Assembly (NCBI GenBank): GCA_041640655.1 | Contig: JBEPZV010000030.1 | Span: forward strand, 1 to 33,063 | Direction: 5' to 3' | DNA length: 33,063 bases | DNA from: a bacterium | Lineage (GTDB): Bacteria > Acidobacteriota > Blastocatellia > HR10 | Shown: positions 24,824-33,063 of the stretch, piece after piece | Numbering within the stretch: the stretch's first letter is position 1 | How the letters are laid out: each line of letters opens with the position of its first letter | Notes under the pieces: generated by a model | What the model was told of the DNA's origin: nothing | The model's input: the letters and a program-made list of their open reading frames with translations, nothing else | The model's database searches: none | Made by a program: the position numbers and the translations under genes

Positions 24824-25747
24824 GTGATGATTCGTTCGCATGTCCTCGGTTTTGTGTTCTCGGCGCTCCTCTTGCCCAGAGGGGGAGAGGGGCAGCCCGC
24901 GCGCGCGCCTTCGGAGAATCCGCGCGCCCAGGCGCGGCTGGTGATCTCCACGCTGCCGGAAGCTGTCGTCTTCCTCAACGGCGTGCGCCGGGGGACGACT
25001 GAAGCGCATGGGATATTGGCGCTCACGGTGGAGCCCGGAACGTACAGGCTGCGGGTGAGCAAGCTCGGGCGTCAGGAGGTCGAGAGGCGCGTGCACCTTC
25101 GGCCTGGGGTCGCACGACGGCTTGTGCTCTCGCTCCCGCCGCTGCGGGATCGCGCCGAGCGCCATCGTCAGCAAGGCGATGCGTGGCGCGAGCAGAAGCT
25201 CTTCGCGCGCGCTGTCGCCGAATATCGGCGGGCGATCGCGTTGAGAGGAGGGAGGTTCCCCCGCGCGCGGCTGGGACTGGCGCGCGCGCTGCTGGCGCTC
25301 GAAGAGCACGAGGACGCGTTGCGACAGGTCCGACGGGCTCTTGCCGAGAGTCGAGCCCCGTTGCCCGAAGCGCACACGCTCTTGGGGAACATCCTCCGCG
25401 CTCAGGGCCTGTATGAGGAGGCAATTCGCGAATATCGCGCGGCGCTTCGGCACGCGGGCGGTTTCTCTCCGGAAGCGCATGCCGGCTTGGCCCTCGCCTT
25501 GGAGGAGATCGGAGAGACCGAAGCCGCCATCACCCACATGCGAACGGCGATCGCGCAAAATGCGGACACGGAGCCTATCCTCTATTACCTCCTCGGCAAT
25601 CTCCTGCTCACGGCCGATCGTCTGCCTGAGGCCATCGCTGCGTATGAGGCGTACCTGCGATTAGCCCCGCAGAGCGAGACAGCACCGGCGGTCCGGTCGC
25701 TCGTCGAACAGCTCCGTCGAGAACTCGCGTCACAGGAGCAGCGATGA
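24824..25747 (+). CDS. Exported PEGA-like plus TPR protein
   Basis: Signal-like N-terminus; PEGA-like LVISTLPEAVVFLNG..RGTT...VEPGTYRLRVSKLG; about 5 TPRs. Confidence 0.8.
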   Translation: MMIRSHVLGFVFSALLLPRGGEGQPARAPSENPRAQARLVISTLPEAVVFLNGVRRGTTEAHGILALTVEPGTYRLRVSKLGRQEVERRVHLRPGVARRLVLSLPPLRDRAERHRQQGDAWREQKLFARAVAEYRRAIALRGGRFPRARLGLARALLALEEHEDALRQVRRALAESRAPLPEAHTLLGNILRAQGLYEEAIREYRAALRHAGGFSPEAHAGLALALEEIGETEAAITHMRTAIAQNADTEPILYYLLGNLLLTADRLPEAIAAYEAYLRLAPQSETAPAVRSLVEQLRRELASQEQR

Positions 25748-27129
25748 AGCCGTCGGCCGATGACATGCGGGTCTTCGAGCAGGTGGAGGACGCTGGAGCC
25801 GGGCGTGAAACACTCAGCGCGTGTCCGAGCGTCGTCATCCTGGGACGCCCCAATGTCGGGAAATCCACACTCTTCAATCGCCTCGTGGGCATGCGGCGGG
25901 CGATCGTGGGGGATGAGCCGGGGATCACGCGCGATCGGATTCACGGGCGCGTGCGCTGGCGCGGCCGCGAGTTCGAGCTGGTGGATACGGGGGGGCTGCT
26001 CCCCGATGAGGCGGCGATCATTCCGGCCAGCATCGTGCGCCAAGCCGAGGCGGCCATCGCGCGCGCGCATCTGCTCCTCTTCGTGGTGGATGTGCGCGAG
26101 GGGGTGACGCCGCTCGATGAAGACCTGGCGCGGCGCTTGCGCCGCTTCGGCAAGCCCATCTTCCTGATCGTCAACAAAGTGGATGCCGCGCGCTGGGAGG
26201 CGCATGCGGAAGATTTTCGGCGCCTCGGCTTCGCGCGCGTCTTTCTCATCTCGGCCGAACACGGGCACGGCATCGGCGAGTTGCTGGACGCGATCCTTGA
26301 GCTCGTCCCAGCTCCGGAAGCCGTGGAGACGCGCCCGGATGAGATTCGTCTCGCCATCATCGGGAAGCCGAACGTCGGCAAGTCCTCGCTTGTGAATCGA
26401 CTGCTCGGCACCGAGCGCGTGATCGTCGCGCCCACCCCCGGCACGACGCGCGACGCCGTGGACTCGGAGTTGGAGTTCGAGGGGATGCGCTTCCGCCTCA
26501 TTGATACTGCCGGCATTCGCCGGAGATCGCGCGTGCTGGAACAGACCGAGCGCATCGCCGTGCTCATGGCCGAGCGTCACATCGAGCGGGCGGATGTCGC
26601 CGTGCTCCTGATTGATGCGACCGAGGGACCGACGGCGCTGGATGCGCGTATCGCGGGATTCGCGCATGAGGCGGGGAAGTCGCTCATCATCGCCGTCAAT
26701 AAGTGGGATCTGGTCCCGCAGGATCCCCAGATGGCCGCGCGGATGGAGGAAGCCATCCGCATGCGCTTGCGGTTCCTCGATTACGCGCCGATCATCTTCA
26801 TCTCAGCGCTCACGGGTCAGCACGTCAGGCGCGTTTTGGAGCTGGCCGTACGGGCGCACGAGGCGCGCCATCGGCGCATCCCGACGGCCGAATTGAACCG
26901 CTTCTTCCAGCAGTTCGTCGCCGAGGCGCGGGCGACCACACGCCATCGGGGGGTGCGCGTGCAGTACCTCACGCAGGCGGGCGTGGACCCGCCGACCTTC
27001 GTCCTCTTCCTCAACTCGCGACGCGAGAAGCTGGAGGCCGCCTATGAGCGCTACATCGAGAATCGGTTGCGCGAGCAGTACGAATTCTTCGCCACACCGA
27101 TTCGCATCAAGCAGCGACTCAAGGCGTGA
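25744..27129 (+). CDS. der: Ribosome biogenesis GTPase Der (EngA)
   Basis: Two G domains (GRPNVGKST/DTGG/NKVD and GKPNVGKSS/DTAG/NKWD) plus a KH-like C-terminus (PPTFVLF...YIENRLRE). Confidence 0.97.
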   Translation: MKPSADDMRVFEQVEDAGAGRETLSACPSVVILGRPNVGKSTLFNRLVGMRRAIVGDEPGITRDRIHGRVRWRGREFELVDTGGLLPDEAAIIPASIVRQAEAAIARAHLLLFVVDVREGVTPLDEDLARRLRRFGKPIFLIVNKVDAARWEAHAEDFRRLGFARVFLISAEHGHGIGELLDAILELVPAPEAVETRPDEIRLAIIGKPNVGKSSLVNRLLGTERVIVAPTPGTTRDAVDSELEFEGMRFRLIDTAGIRRRSRVLEQTERIAVLMAERHIERADVAVLLIDATEGPTALDARIAGFAHEAGKSLIIAVNKWDLVPQDPQMAARMEEAIRMRLRFLDYAPIIFISALTGQHVRRVLELAVRAHEARHRRIPTAELNRFFQQFVAEARATTRHRGVRVQYLTQAGVDPPTFVLFLNSRREKLEAAYERYIENRLREQYEFFATPIRIKQRLKA

Positions 27130-27155
27130 GCCTCGATCGCAGCGGAGAGGAGCGC

Positions 27156-27638
27156 ATGGAGGGCAAGCGCGTCAGTGAGAGCCAGGTCGTCCTCAGCCAG
27201 ATGATGCAGCCGGAGCACGCGAACACTCTCGGGAATGTCCACGGCGGATGGATCATGAAGCTCATTGACGAAGCGGGAGCGATCGTCGCCTCGCGCCATG
27301 CGCGAAAGCCCGTCGTCACGGTCGTCGTGGATTCGATCCGATTCTGCGCGCCCGTGCATGTCGGCGATCTCGTGCATGTGCGGGCCCGCCTGACGCAGGT
27401 GTGGCGCACCTCGATGGAAGTGGAAGTCGAAGTCGAGGCCGAGGCGCTGCTCACCGGAGAGCGTCGCGTGACCTCGACGGCCTATCTCGTCTACGTCGCC
27501 CTGGATGAGGCGGGGCGGCCGACGCCTGTTCCCCCTCTGCTTCTCGTGGACGAGGAGGAACGCCGGCGCGCCGAGGCGGCCGAGCGACGGCGCGTCGAAC
27601 GTCTGGCCCGACGGGCGGCTGAAGATGCGCTGCGATGA
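27156..27638 (+). CDS. Acyl-CoA thioesterase (hotdog fold, YciA-like)
   Basis: PEHANTLGNVHGGWIMKLIDEAG, VVTV, RTSMEV, YVALDE.GRP.PVP. GAGGAG SD before ATG 27156. Confidence 0.9.
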   Translation: MEGKRVSESQVVLSQMMQPEHANTLGNVHGGWIMKLIDEAGAIVASRHARKPVVTVVVDSIRFCAPVHVGDLVHVRARLTQVWRTSMEVEVEVEAEALLTGERRVTSTAYLVYVALDEAGRPTPVPPLLLVDEEERRRAEAAERRRVERLARRAAEDALR

Positions 27639-27796
27639 GTGGACTCCGCCTCCTGCCCCTCCCACGCTCTGATTCTCCTCGCGCCCGCGGCTTGCTCATC
27701 TTCCGCCCTCTTCGATAAGATCACACCTTCCGTCGCGCGGAGGGCTCGCAAGCAGAAGGGACCTCCGTGACATCTGCGAGGCGAGGAGTGATGCGT

Positions 27797-28585
27797 ATGG
27801 AGACGAGATTGGTCGACTATCGCGTGGAGGACGGCATCGCCATCATCGAGCTCTCCGATCCCCCGGCGAACACCTACACCTACGAGATGATGCGGCAGTT
27901 CGATGATGCCATCCTTCAGGCGCGGTTTGACGACCGCGTGCACGTGCTCGTGGTCACCGGAGCGGGCGATCGGTTCTTCTGCGCGGGCGCCAATATCCGC
28001 ATGCTCGCCGAAGTCACGCCGCAGTACAAGTACTATTTCTGCCTGCATGCGAACGAGACGCTGAACCGTTTGGAGAACACGCCCAAGCTGGTGATCGCCG
28101 CGCTGAACGGGCACACGGTGGGCGGGGGGTTGGAGATCGCCCTGGCGTGCGATCTGCGCATCGCGCGGAAGGATAGTGGGAAGATCGGGCTGCCCGAGGT
28201 CTCGCTCGGCGTTTTACCCGGCACGGGGGGGACGCAGCGATTGGCGCGCCTTCTGGGAAAGGCGCGCGCGCTGGAGCTGATGGTCACCGGGCGCCTGCTG
28301 ACCTACGAGGAGGCTCTGGAGATCGGGCTCATCCATCACATCTTCCCGAACGAGAACTTCATGGCGCACGTCCTGGACTACGCGCGCCAATTCCTCCCGC
28401 CGCGAAAGGCTAGTCGCGCCGTCGGCCATATCAAGCGCGCCGTTCAATCCGGATGGGAGATGTCCTTCCACGATGGATTGGCTCTGGAGCGCGAGCTGCA
28501 GCAACTCCTCTTCCAGAGCGAGGACGCCCGAGAGGGGCTCACGGCCTACGTCGAGAAGCGCGAGCCGCGATTCCAGGGGCGATGA
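27797..28585 (+). CDS. Enoyl-CoA hydratase/isomerase (crotonase) family protein
   Basis: FFCAGANI, GGGLEIALACD, GLPEVSLGVLPGTGGTQRL (both catalytic Glu), EDAREG..A..EKR.P.F.G. GAGGAG SD; start 27791 or 27797. Confidence 0.92.
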   Translation: METRLVDYRVEDGIAIIELSDPPANTYTYEMMRQFDDAILQARFDDRVHVLVVTGAGDRFFCAGANIRMLAEVTPQYKYYFCLHANETLNRLENTPKLVIAALNGHTVGGGLEIALACDLRIARKDSGKIGLPEVSLGVLPGTGGTQRLARLLGKARALELMVTGRLLTYEEALEIGLIHHIFPNENFMAHVLDYARQFLPPRKASRAVGHIKRAVQSGWEMSFHDGLALERELQQLLFQSEDAREGLTAYVEKREPRFQGR

Positions 28586-28600
28586 GGCCCCTTCGATGCT

Positions 28601-28630
28601 TTGACAGCCAACGCCGCGCCTCCCTACAAT
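28601..28630 (+). promoter_or_regulatory. Putative sigma70 promoter for the DASS transporter
   Basis: TTGACA-N18-TACAAT. The -10 overlaps the ORF-track ATG at 28629. Confidence 0.55.
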
Positions 28631-28637
28631 GGCGCGC

Positions 28638-30203
28638 GTGAGCGCGGAGCGAGCGGCGGCGTTCGAGCGCGCGCGTTCGGGGATCGGCTTCTTCGCTGGT
28701 CCCCTGGTGTTTCTTCTCATCCTCCTGCTGCCGACGCCATCGGCCTTCTGGCGCGAAGCCGAGGCGCTCATCGCCGCATCTCCGACGGCGCCGGAGGTCG
28801 CGCAGCTCGCCTTCGGCATGAAGGTGACGCTCGCTCTGCTTCTGCTCATGGTCATCTGGTGGGTGACCGAAGCCGTCCCCATCCCCGTCACCGCATTGCT
28901 CCCTGGCTTCATCCTTCCGGTCTTTCAGGTCGTCGGCGTTCAGGGGGGGCAGGTGGTGGAGCTGAACGCCCGCACCGTGCTCGCTCATTATGCCAATCCC
29001 GTGATCTTCCTCTTCCTCTCCGGATTCCTGATCGCGGGCGCCATGCAGAAATGGGGAGTGGATCGGCGCATCGCCCTCTGGATCTTGACGCGCGGACGCG
29101 CGGCCAAGAGTCCCGATCGGGTCCTGCTCAGCCTGATGGGGGCCTCGGCCTTCATCTCCATGTGGGTCTCCAATACGGCGACGACGGCCATGATGCTGCC
29201 GATCGGTTTGGGTGTGCTCTCGCGCGTGCGTGGCGCGTCCTCGAACTACGCGCGGGCGATGCTGTTGGGTATCGCCTATGCGGCTTCTATCGGCGGTGTG
29301 GGGACGATCATCGGGACGCCACCCAATGGCATCGCCGTCTCTATTCTCCGGCAGCAGAACATCGCGCAACTCCATTTCCTGGAGTGGATGAGCTTCGGCG
29401 TCCCCTTCGTCCTCGTGGGCGTTCCGCTGGCCTGGCTCGTGCTGCGCGCGCTCTTCCCCTGTGACGTCACCTTCGATGCGGAGGTCGGCGCGCTCCTGCG
29501 TGAGGAGCGCGCGGCATTGGGGCCGTGGGGGCGAGGCGAGAAGCTGACGCTCGTGGGATTCCTCCTGGCCGTGACGCTCTGGACGACCACCCCCTTCTGG
29601 TCGCTCATTCCCGAGCTCGGTCGCCGGTGGTCCGGGCTCGATGAGCACGTGATCGCTCTGGGCGCCGCGATCCTCCTGTTCCTCCTGCCGGTGGATTGGT
29701 CCTCACGCCGGTTCGTCCTGCACTGGGAGGATTCCCGCTCCGTGGACTGGGGGACGCTGCTGCTGTTCGGCGGAGGGATCGCGCTCTCCGATGCCATGTT
29801 CAAAACAGGATTGGCGCGCGTGCTCGCCTCGGAATTCGTGACGCTCTTTGGGAAGCCGGCTCCGGTGGTGCTCGTCCTTCTGGTGGTGATCTTCATGGAG
29901 CTGCTCACCGAAGTGACTTCGAATACGGCGGTCACCTCGATGATGGTGCCGATCCTGATCTCGATGGCTTCGGGGTTGGGAGCCGATGCCCTCTCGCTCG
30001 TCCTCCCGGCGACGATCGCGGCCTCGATGGCCTTCATGCTCCCGGTGGCGACGCCGCCGAATGCGCTCGTCTACGCGACGCGGCGCGTGACGATCGCCGA
30101 TATGCTGCGAGCGGGCATCATCCTGGACTTGGTCGCCTGGCTCTACATCGTCGCGTTCTTCTACAGCTATGTCTCTGTGGTCCTCGGGCTCGTCCGCTTC
30201 TGA
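28638..30203 (+). CDS. SLC13/DASS family di-/tricarboxylate or sulfate:sodium symporter
   Basis: WWVTEAVPIPVTALLP, SMWVSNTAT, GTIIGTPPN, TEVTSNTA, FMLPVATPPNA (two SNT motifs). Start GTG 28638 or ATG 28629. Confidence 0.92.
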   Translation: MSAERAAAFERARSGIGFFAGPLVFLLILLLPTPSAFWREAEALIAASPTAPEVAQLAFGMKVTLALLLLMVIWWVTEAVPIPVTALLPGFILPVFQVVGVQGGQVVELNARTVLAHYANPVIFLFLSGFLIAGAMQKWGVDRRIALWILTRGRAAKSPDRVLLSLMGASAFISMWVSNTATTAMMLPIGLGVLSRVRGASSNYARAMLLGIAYAASIGGVGTIIGTPPNGIAVSILRQQNIAQLHFLEWMSFGVPFVLVGVPLAWLVLRALFPCDVTFDAEVGALLREERAALGPWGRGEKLTLVGFLLAVTLWTTTPFWSLIPELGRRWSGLDEHVIALGAAILLFLLPVDWSSRRFVLHWEDSRSVDWGTLLLFGGGIALSDAMFKTGLARVLASEFVTLFGKPAPVVLVLLVVIFMELLTEVTSNTAVTSMMVPILISMASGLGADALSLVLPATIAASMAFMLPVATPPNALVYATRRVTIADMLRAGIILDLVAWLYIVAFFYSYVSVVLGLVRF

Positions 30204-30213
30204 AACGCCATCG

Positions 30214-30687
30214 CTATGGCGCGCGACACGCGTTCAGGCCGAGCCATCGCGAGAGCCGGTGACGGTATTTCGCCACGAGCGCATACAGGGCCATCTCCAG
30301 GAGAAGAAGCGGGGGCAGGGCGTAGATCGCGAGCACGAGGAATCGCCAGGGGAGGAGGTGAAAGAAGAACGCGTTGATTCCGAAGACGCCGCCCCAGACG
30401 CGCCCGCGCCGAGTGATGACATAGAGGCGCTGGGCGCACCGTTCGGGAGTGAGGCCGACGCGCGCGAGCGCTTCGGCCGAGACGGCTTGATAGGGGAGGA
30501 GGGTGAATCTCCCGCGCCGATCGCGGCGCCGCGCCCAGTGAGCGAACGCCGTGCAGAGGCCACACGCTCCATCGAAGAGCAGATAGCTCGTAGCGCCGAT
30601 CCTCAAGAGGACGGTCCCCTCCCCATTCGGTCGCTCCGCGCGCGCATCGCGCGGCAGTGGGATGTCGGACATCGGGATCGCGCGCAT
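30214..30687 (-). CDS. DCC family (DUF393) thiol-disulfide oxidoreductase-like protein
   Basis: LLFDGACGLC (DxxCxxC), RDRRGRF...PYQ, Y.LVAKYRHR. GAGGAG SD before ATG 30687. Confidence 0.85.
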   Translation of the reverse strand: MRAIPMSDIPLPRDARAERPNGEGTVLLRIGATSYLLFDGACGLCTAFAHWARRRDRRGRFTLLPYQAVSAEALARVGLTPERCAQRLYVITRRGRVWGGVFGINAFFFHLLPWRFLVLAIYALPPLLLLEMALYALVAKYRHRLSRWLGLNACRAP

Positions 30688-30700
30688 CTCACTCCTCGCG

Positions 30701-32251
30701 TCAGGCGAAAAGCTCCGCCCTCCTGCTCCCCGCGAGCGAATCGGCATCCTGCACCCATGTGCGCCGAGCGAGACAGCCCAGGAAGGATCGGTTCGAGTCG
30801 GATGGCGGACTGGGCGATTTCGGCGGCTCGTCCTCGGGGCAGGTCTCCTCTTTTCGCAACCGCGGCCGCTTGCGCTCTTGCTCCTTCTGCTGCTCCATCG
30901 CCTCTTGAGACAGTTTGCGCAAGCGCTCTTTGATCCGGTGGAACTCCTCGCTGTCGGTGATGTAGTCCTCGCGCGGCGGCAAGAAGGCGAATTCCCGGAA
31001 GCTGTGGATGATGCGGTCGGCGAAGGCTGGATGCGTGCGGAAGAAGCTCGTCCCTCGCGCGTAACCGTGCTTACTCGCCATCTTGTCGAAGAAGGTGATG
31101 AACGCGCGCGGGTCGTAGCCGCTCTTCCAGAGATATTGCGCGCCGAGCTGATCGGCCTCCAACTCGAACTCCCGGCTCACGCCGAGCAGCTTCAGCTCGA
31201 TGACCAGTCCCAAGCCCGCGAATCCGTATTCGAGCAGATAGTACGTGAGGAGGCTCACCACGCCGCCCGTGGCGATGTAGGCCGCGATCTGCGCCGCCTG
31301 GTAGAGGATCGAAGCGATCGTCGCGCGCTTCATCAGGCGCGCGCTGTGGCGCGCGGCCGCGTGCGCGATCTCGTGGGCGATGACGCCCGCCAATTCCGAC
31401 TCGGTCTCCGCCTCGAGCACCAGTCCCGTGTTGATGAAGAGGAATCCGCCCGGCAGGGCGAAGGCGTTCACCTCATCCGTCAGCAATAGCTGCGTCTTCA
31501 CCGGGACGCGCAAATCGGAGTTCCGCGCGATGTGCTCGGCCAGGTTCCGAATGTAGGTCTCGATCTCCTCGTCTTTGAATTCGGGCGGCATGAGCCCGAG
31601 CGCCTTCAATTCGCGAATCGCGTCCTCGCCCATCTTGATGTCCTTCTCCTGGCCCTTGCCGACTTCGCGGAATCCGATGTCCTCCACATCGCCGTAGGGC
31701 CGCTGCCGCGCGCGTCCCAGCCTGATCTCTTCCTCGATGCGTTTTTTCTCGGGAGGCCAGCGCGTGAGCAGGTCCAGTTTCGCCTCCTTGTTCTCGTACG
31801 TGACCTCGACGGTCTTTCGCTCGAGAGCTTCTTTCTCAACGAGCTTCTTGCGGAGGCGCTGAATGTGGCAGTGGATCTCGCGCCGCTCTTTCGCGGTTTG
31901 CGGGTCATCGCGCGAGGAGCGCCGGTTCAGCTCCGAGAGCTTCCGACGCGCGGCCTCGATCTGCTGGCGGAGCGCCGCGATCTCCTGCTTGAGCACGGTG
32001 AGCTTCTGCTCCTTCTCCGTCTCGAGTTGCTTGCGGAACGCTTCGATCTCATTCTGGCGGAACGAATATTGCTCGGCGATCGCGAGGACGTCCAGATACG
32101 GTTTCTCGACGATCTCCGCCAGGGAAGGCGGAGGCCCGGCCCGATCCTGCGGGACCGCTGCGCTCGCTCTCGCGCTCTCGACGGGCAGACTCACCAGGCT
32201 GAGCGCGAGCATCACTGCCGCTGCGAGGATGCGCCGTGTCCATTCCTTCAT
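30701..32251 (-). CDS. Exported M48 family zinc metallopeptidase with N-terminal coiled coil
   Basis: VNAFALPGG, ELAGVIAHEIAH (HExxH), SREFELEAD, RTHP. Signal peptide after ATG 32251 (AAGGAGG SD). Confidence 0.9.
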   Translation of the reverse strand: MKEWTRRILAAAVMLALSLVSLPVESARASAAVPQDRAGPPPSLAEIVEKPYLDVLAIAEQYSFRQNEIEAFRKQLETEKEQKLTVLKQEIAALRQQIEAARRKLSELNRRSSRDDPQTAKERREIHCHIQRLRKKLVEKEALERKTVEVTYENKEAKLDLLTRWPPEKKRIEEEIRLGRARQRPYGDVEDIGFREVGKGQEKDIKMGEDAIRELKALGLMPPEFKDEEIETYIRNLAEHIARNSDLRVPVKTQLLLTDEVNAFALPGGFLFINTGLVLEAETESELAGVIAHEIAHAAARHSARLMKRATIASILYQAAQIAAYIATGGVVSLLTYYLLEYGFAGLGLVIELKLLGVSREFELEADQLGAQYLWKSGYDPRAFITFFDKMASKHGYARGTSFFRTHPAFADRIIHSFREFAFLPPREDYITDSEEFHRIKERLRKLSQEAMEQQKEQERKRPRLRKEETCPEDEPPKSPSPPSDSNRSFLGCLARRTWVQDADSLAGSRRAELFA

Positions 32252-32333
32252 TGTGCTCTCCTCCTTTCCCACCTTTGAGATGCGCTCATGGGCCGCTCGG
32301 GTTCCCTCCTCAGCAATCCCATCGCCCCACATC

Positions 32334-32362
32334 AGTATAGAGCGAGTTCCGCGCGCGCCCAA
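32334..32362 (-). promoter_or_regulatory. Putative sigma70 promoter for the M48-DCC genes
   Basis: Minus strand TTGGGC-N17-TATACT. Confidence 0.35.
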
Positions 32363-32363
32363 G

Positions 32364-33063
32364 TCATTCCTTGGAGGCGGCCGATTCGGAAGCGGTGGAG
32401 ATCGGACGATGCCACGCGCGATACCACGTCCACGCCCATCCGATATGGATGAGCGCGAGGAGGGGGATCCCCAGGAGCGTCCAGGCGCCGAGATCCTTCC
32501 ACCAAGTGGCGATCAGCAACGCGACCAGCGGCACGCTCGACGCGACGCGAGCCGTATAGGCGATCACCCGATCTGGGTCGGCCCAGGGCGTGGGCAAGCG
32601 CGAGAGCTCCAGGTGCTCTCGAATCGGCTCGAGCGCGCGCTGCATGACGCGCGACAAGTGCACAAGCACCACCACCCCGATCGCGGAAAGGAGCGCGCGC
32701 TCCATCACCGAGCGCGCGGCGAGCGCGCCGAGCAAGAGCAGGGCGATCGCCCCCCAGAGCAGGAGCCAGCGAGCCGGTCCGCATCGCGCGCGCGACGTCG
32801 CTCCGGAATTCGCCGTCACGGACCACAGCGTCATCGGTCGGAGCGTGATCGAGATGAGCATGCCGGCGAAGGCGATCGGTCTCGGAATAAAGCGGTGCAG
32901 GAGGCGATAGAGCGCTCGGGTGTTCTTCATGAAGACGGGCGCCAGAAGGGTCATCGCGAAGACGTACCATCCCGTGAATTGAAAGAGGTCCGAGCTGATG
33001 AGTCCGAGCTGCTGCCCGAACGCCGCGTAGAGGAGAGCATACTCCCCGCGCGGGATCATCCCC
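32364..33063 (-). CDS. Cation:proton antiporter (CPA2/Kef-like), C-terminal part; the 5' end lies outside the window
   Basis: GMIPRGEYALL resembles the CPA2 TM motif (PRGEF); hydrophobic helices follow; the frame is open to the window edge. Confidence 0.65.
   Translation of the reverse strand, partial: GMIPRGEYALLYAAFGQQLGLISSDLFQFTGWYVFAMTLLAPVFMKNTRALYRLLHRFIPRPIAFAGMLISITLRPMTLWSVTANSGATSRARCGPARWLLLWGAIALLLLGALAARSVMERALLSAIGVVVLVHLSRVMQRALEPIREHLELSRLPTPWADPDRVIAYTARVASSVPLVALLIATWWKDLGAWTLLGIPLLALIHIGWAWTWYRAWHRPISTASESAASKE

Noticed and set aside
23972..26667. 528-aa and 360-aa minus-strand ORFs
   Set aside because: Antisense shadows of slt, PEGA-TPR and der.
27692..27790. Possible promoter (TTGCTC-N18-TAAGAT) and structured leader before the enoyl-CoA hydratase
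   Set aside because: Only a weak consensus and one GC-rich stem; not distinguishable from chance without TSS data.

Overview
High-GC bacterial chromosomal window with about 23 genes and no rRNA, tRNA, CRISPR array or mobile element that I could recognise. The gene repertoire suggests a diderm such as an acidobacterium, but this is inference only. In order: (i) a minus-strand operon of a membrane Ser/Thr kinase with TPR ectodomain, a 1230-aa protein of about 33 TPR repeats, and pyrE (partial, missed by the ORF track); (ii) a Tat-exported Ntn-asparaginase; (iii) a co-oriented five-gene proteolytic signalling module (ECF sigma, soluble zinc-finger anti-sigma-like protein, TPR-CHAT caspase-like protease, secreted S8 subtilase, GAF-PAS hybrid histidine kinase), which is the most interesting part; the S8 carries a duplicated octapeptide (DQRSQAFV x2) whose copies differ only at synonymous sites; (iv) a peptide ABC binding protein and two permeases with no ATPase; (v) housekeeping and envelope genes: pgsA, CPBP protease, SWIM protein, TPR lytic transglycosylase, PEGA-TPR protein, der, acyl-CoA thioesterase, enoyl-CoA hydratase, DASS transporter, DCC oxidoreductase, M48 peptidase and a partial CPA2 antiporter. 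All calls come from manual motif reading with no database searches.
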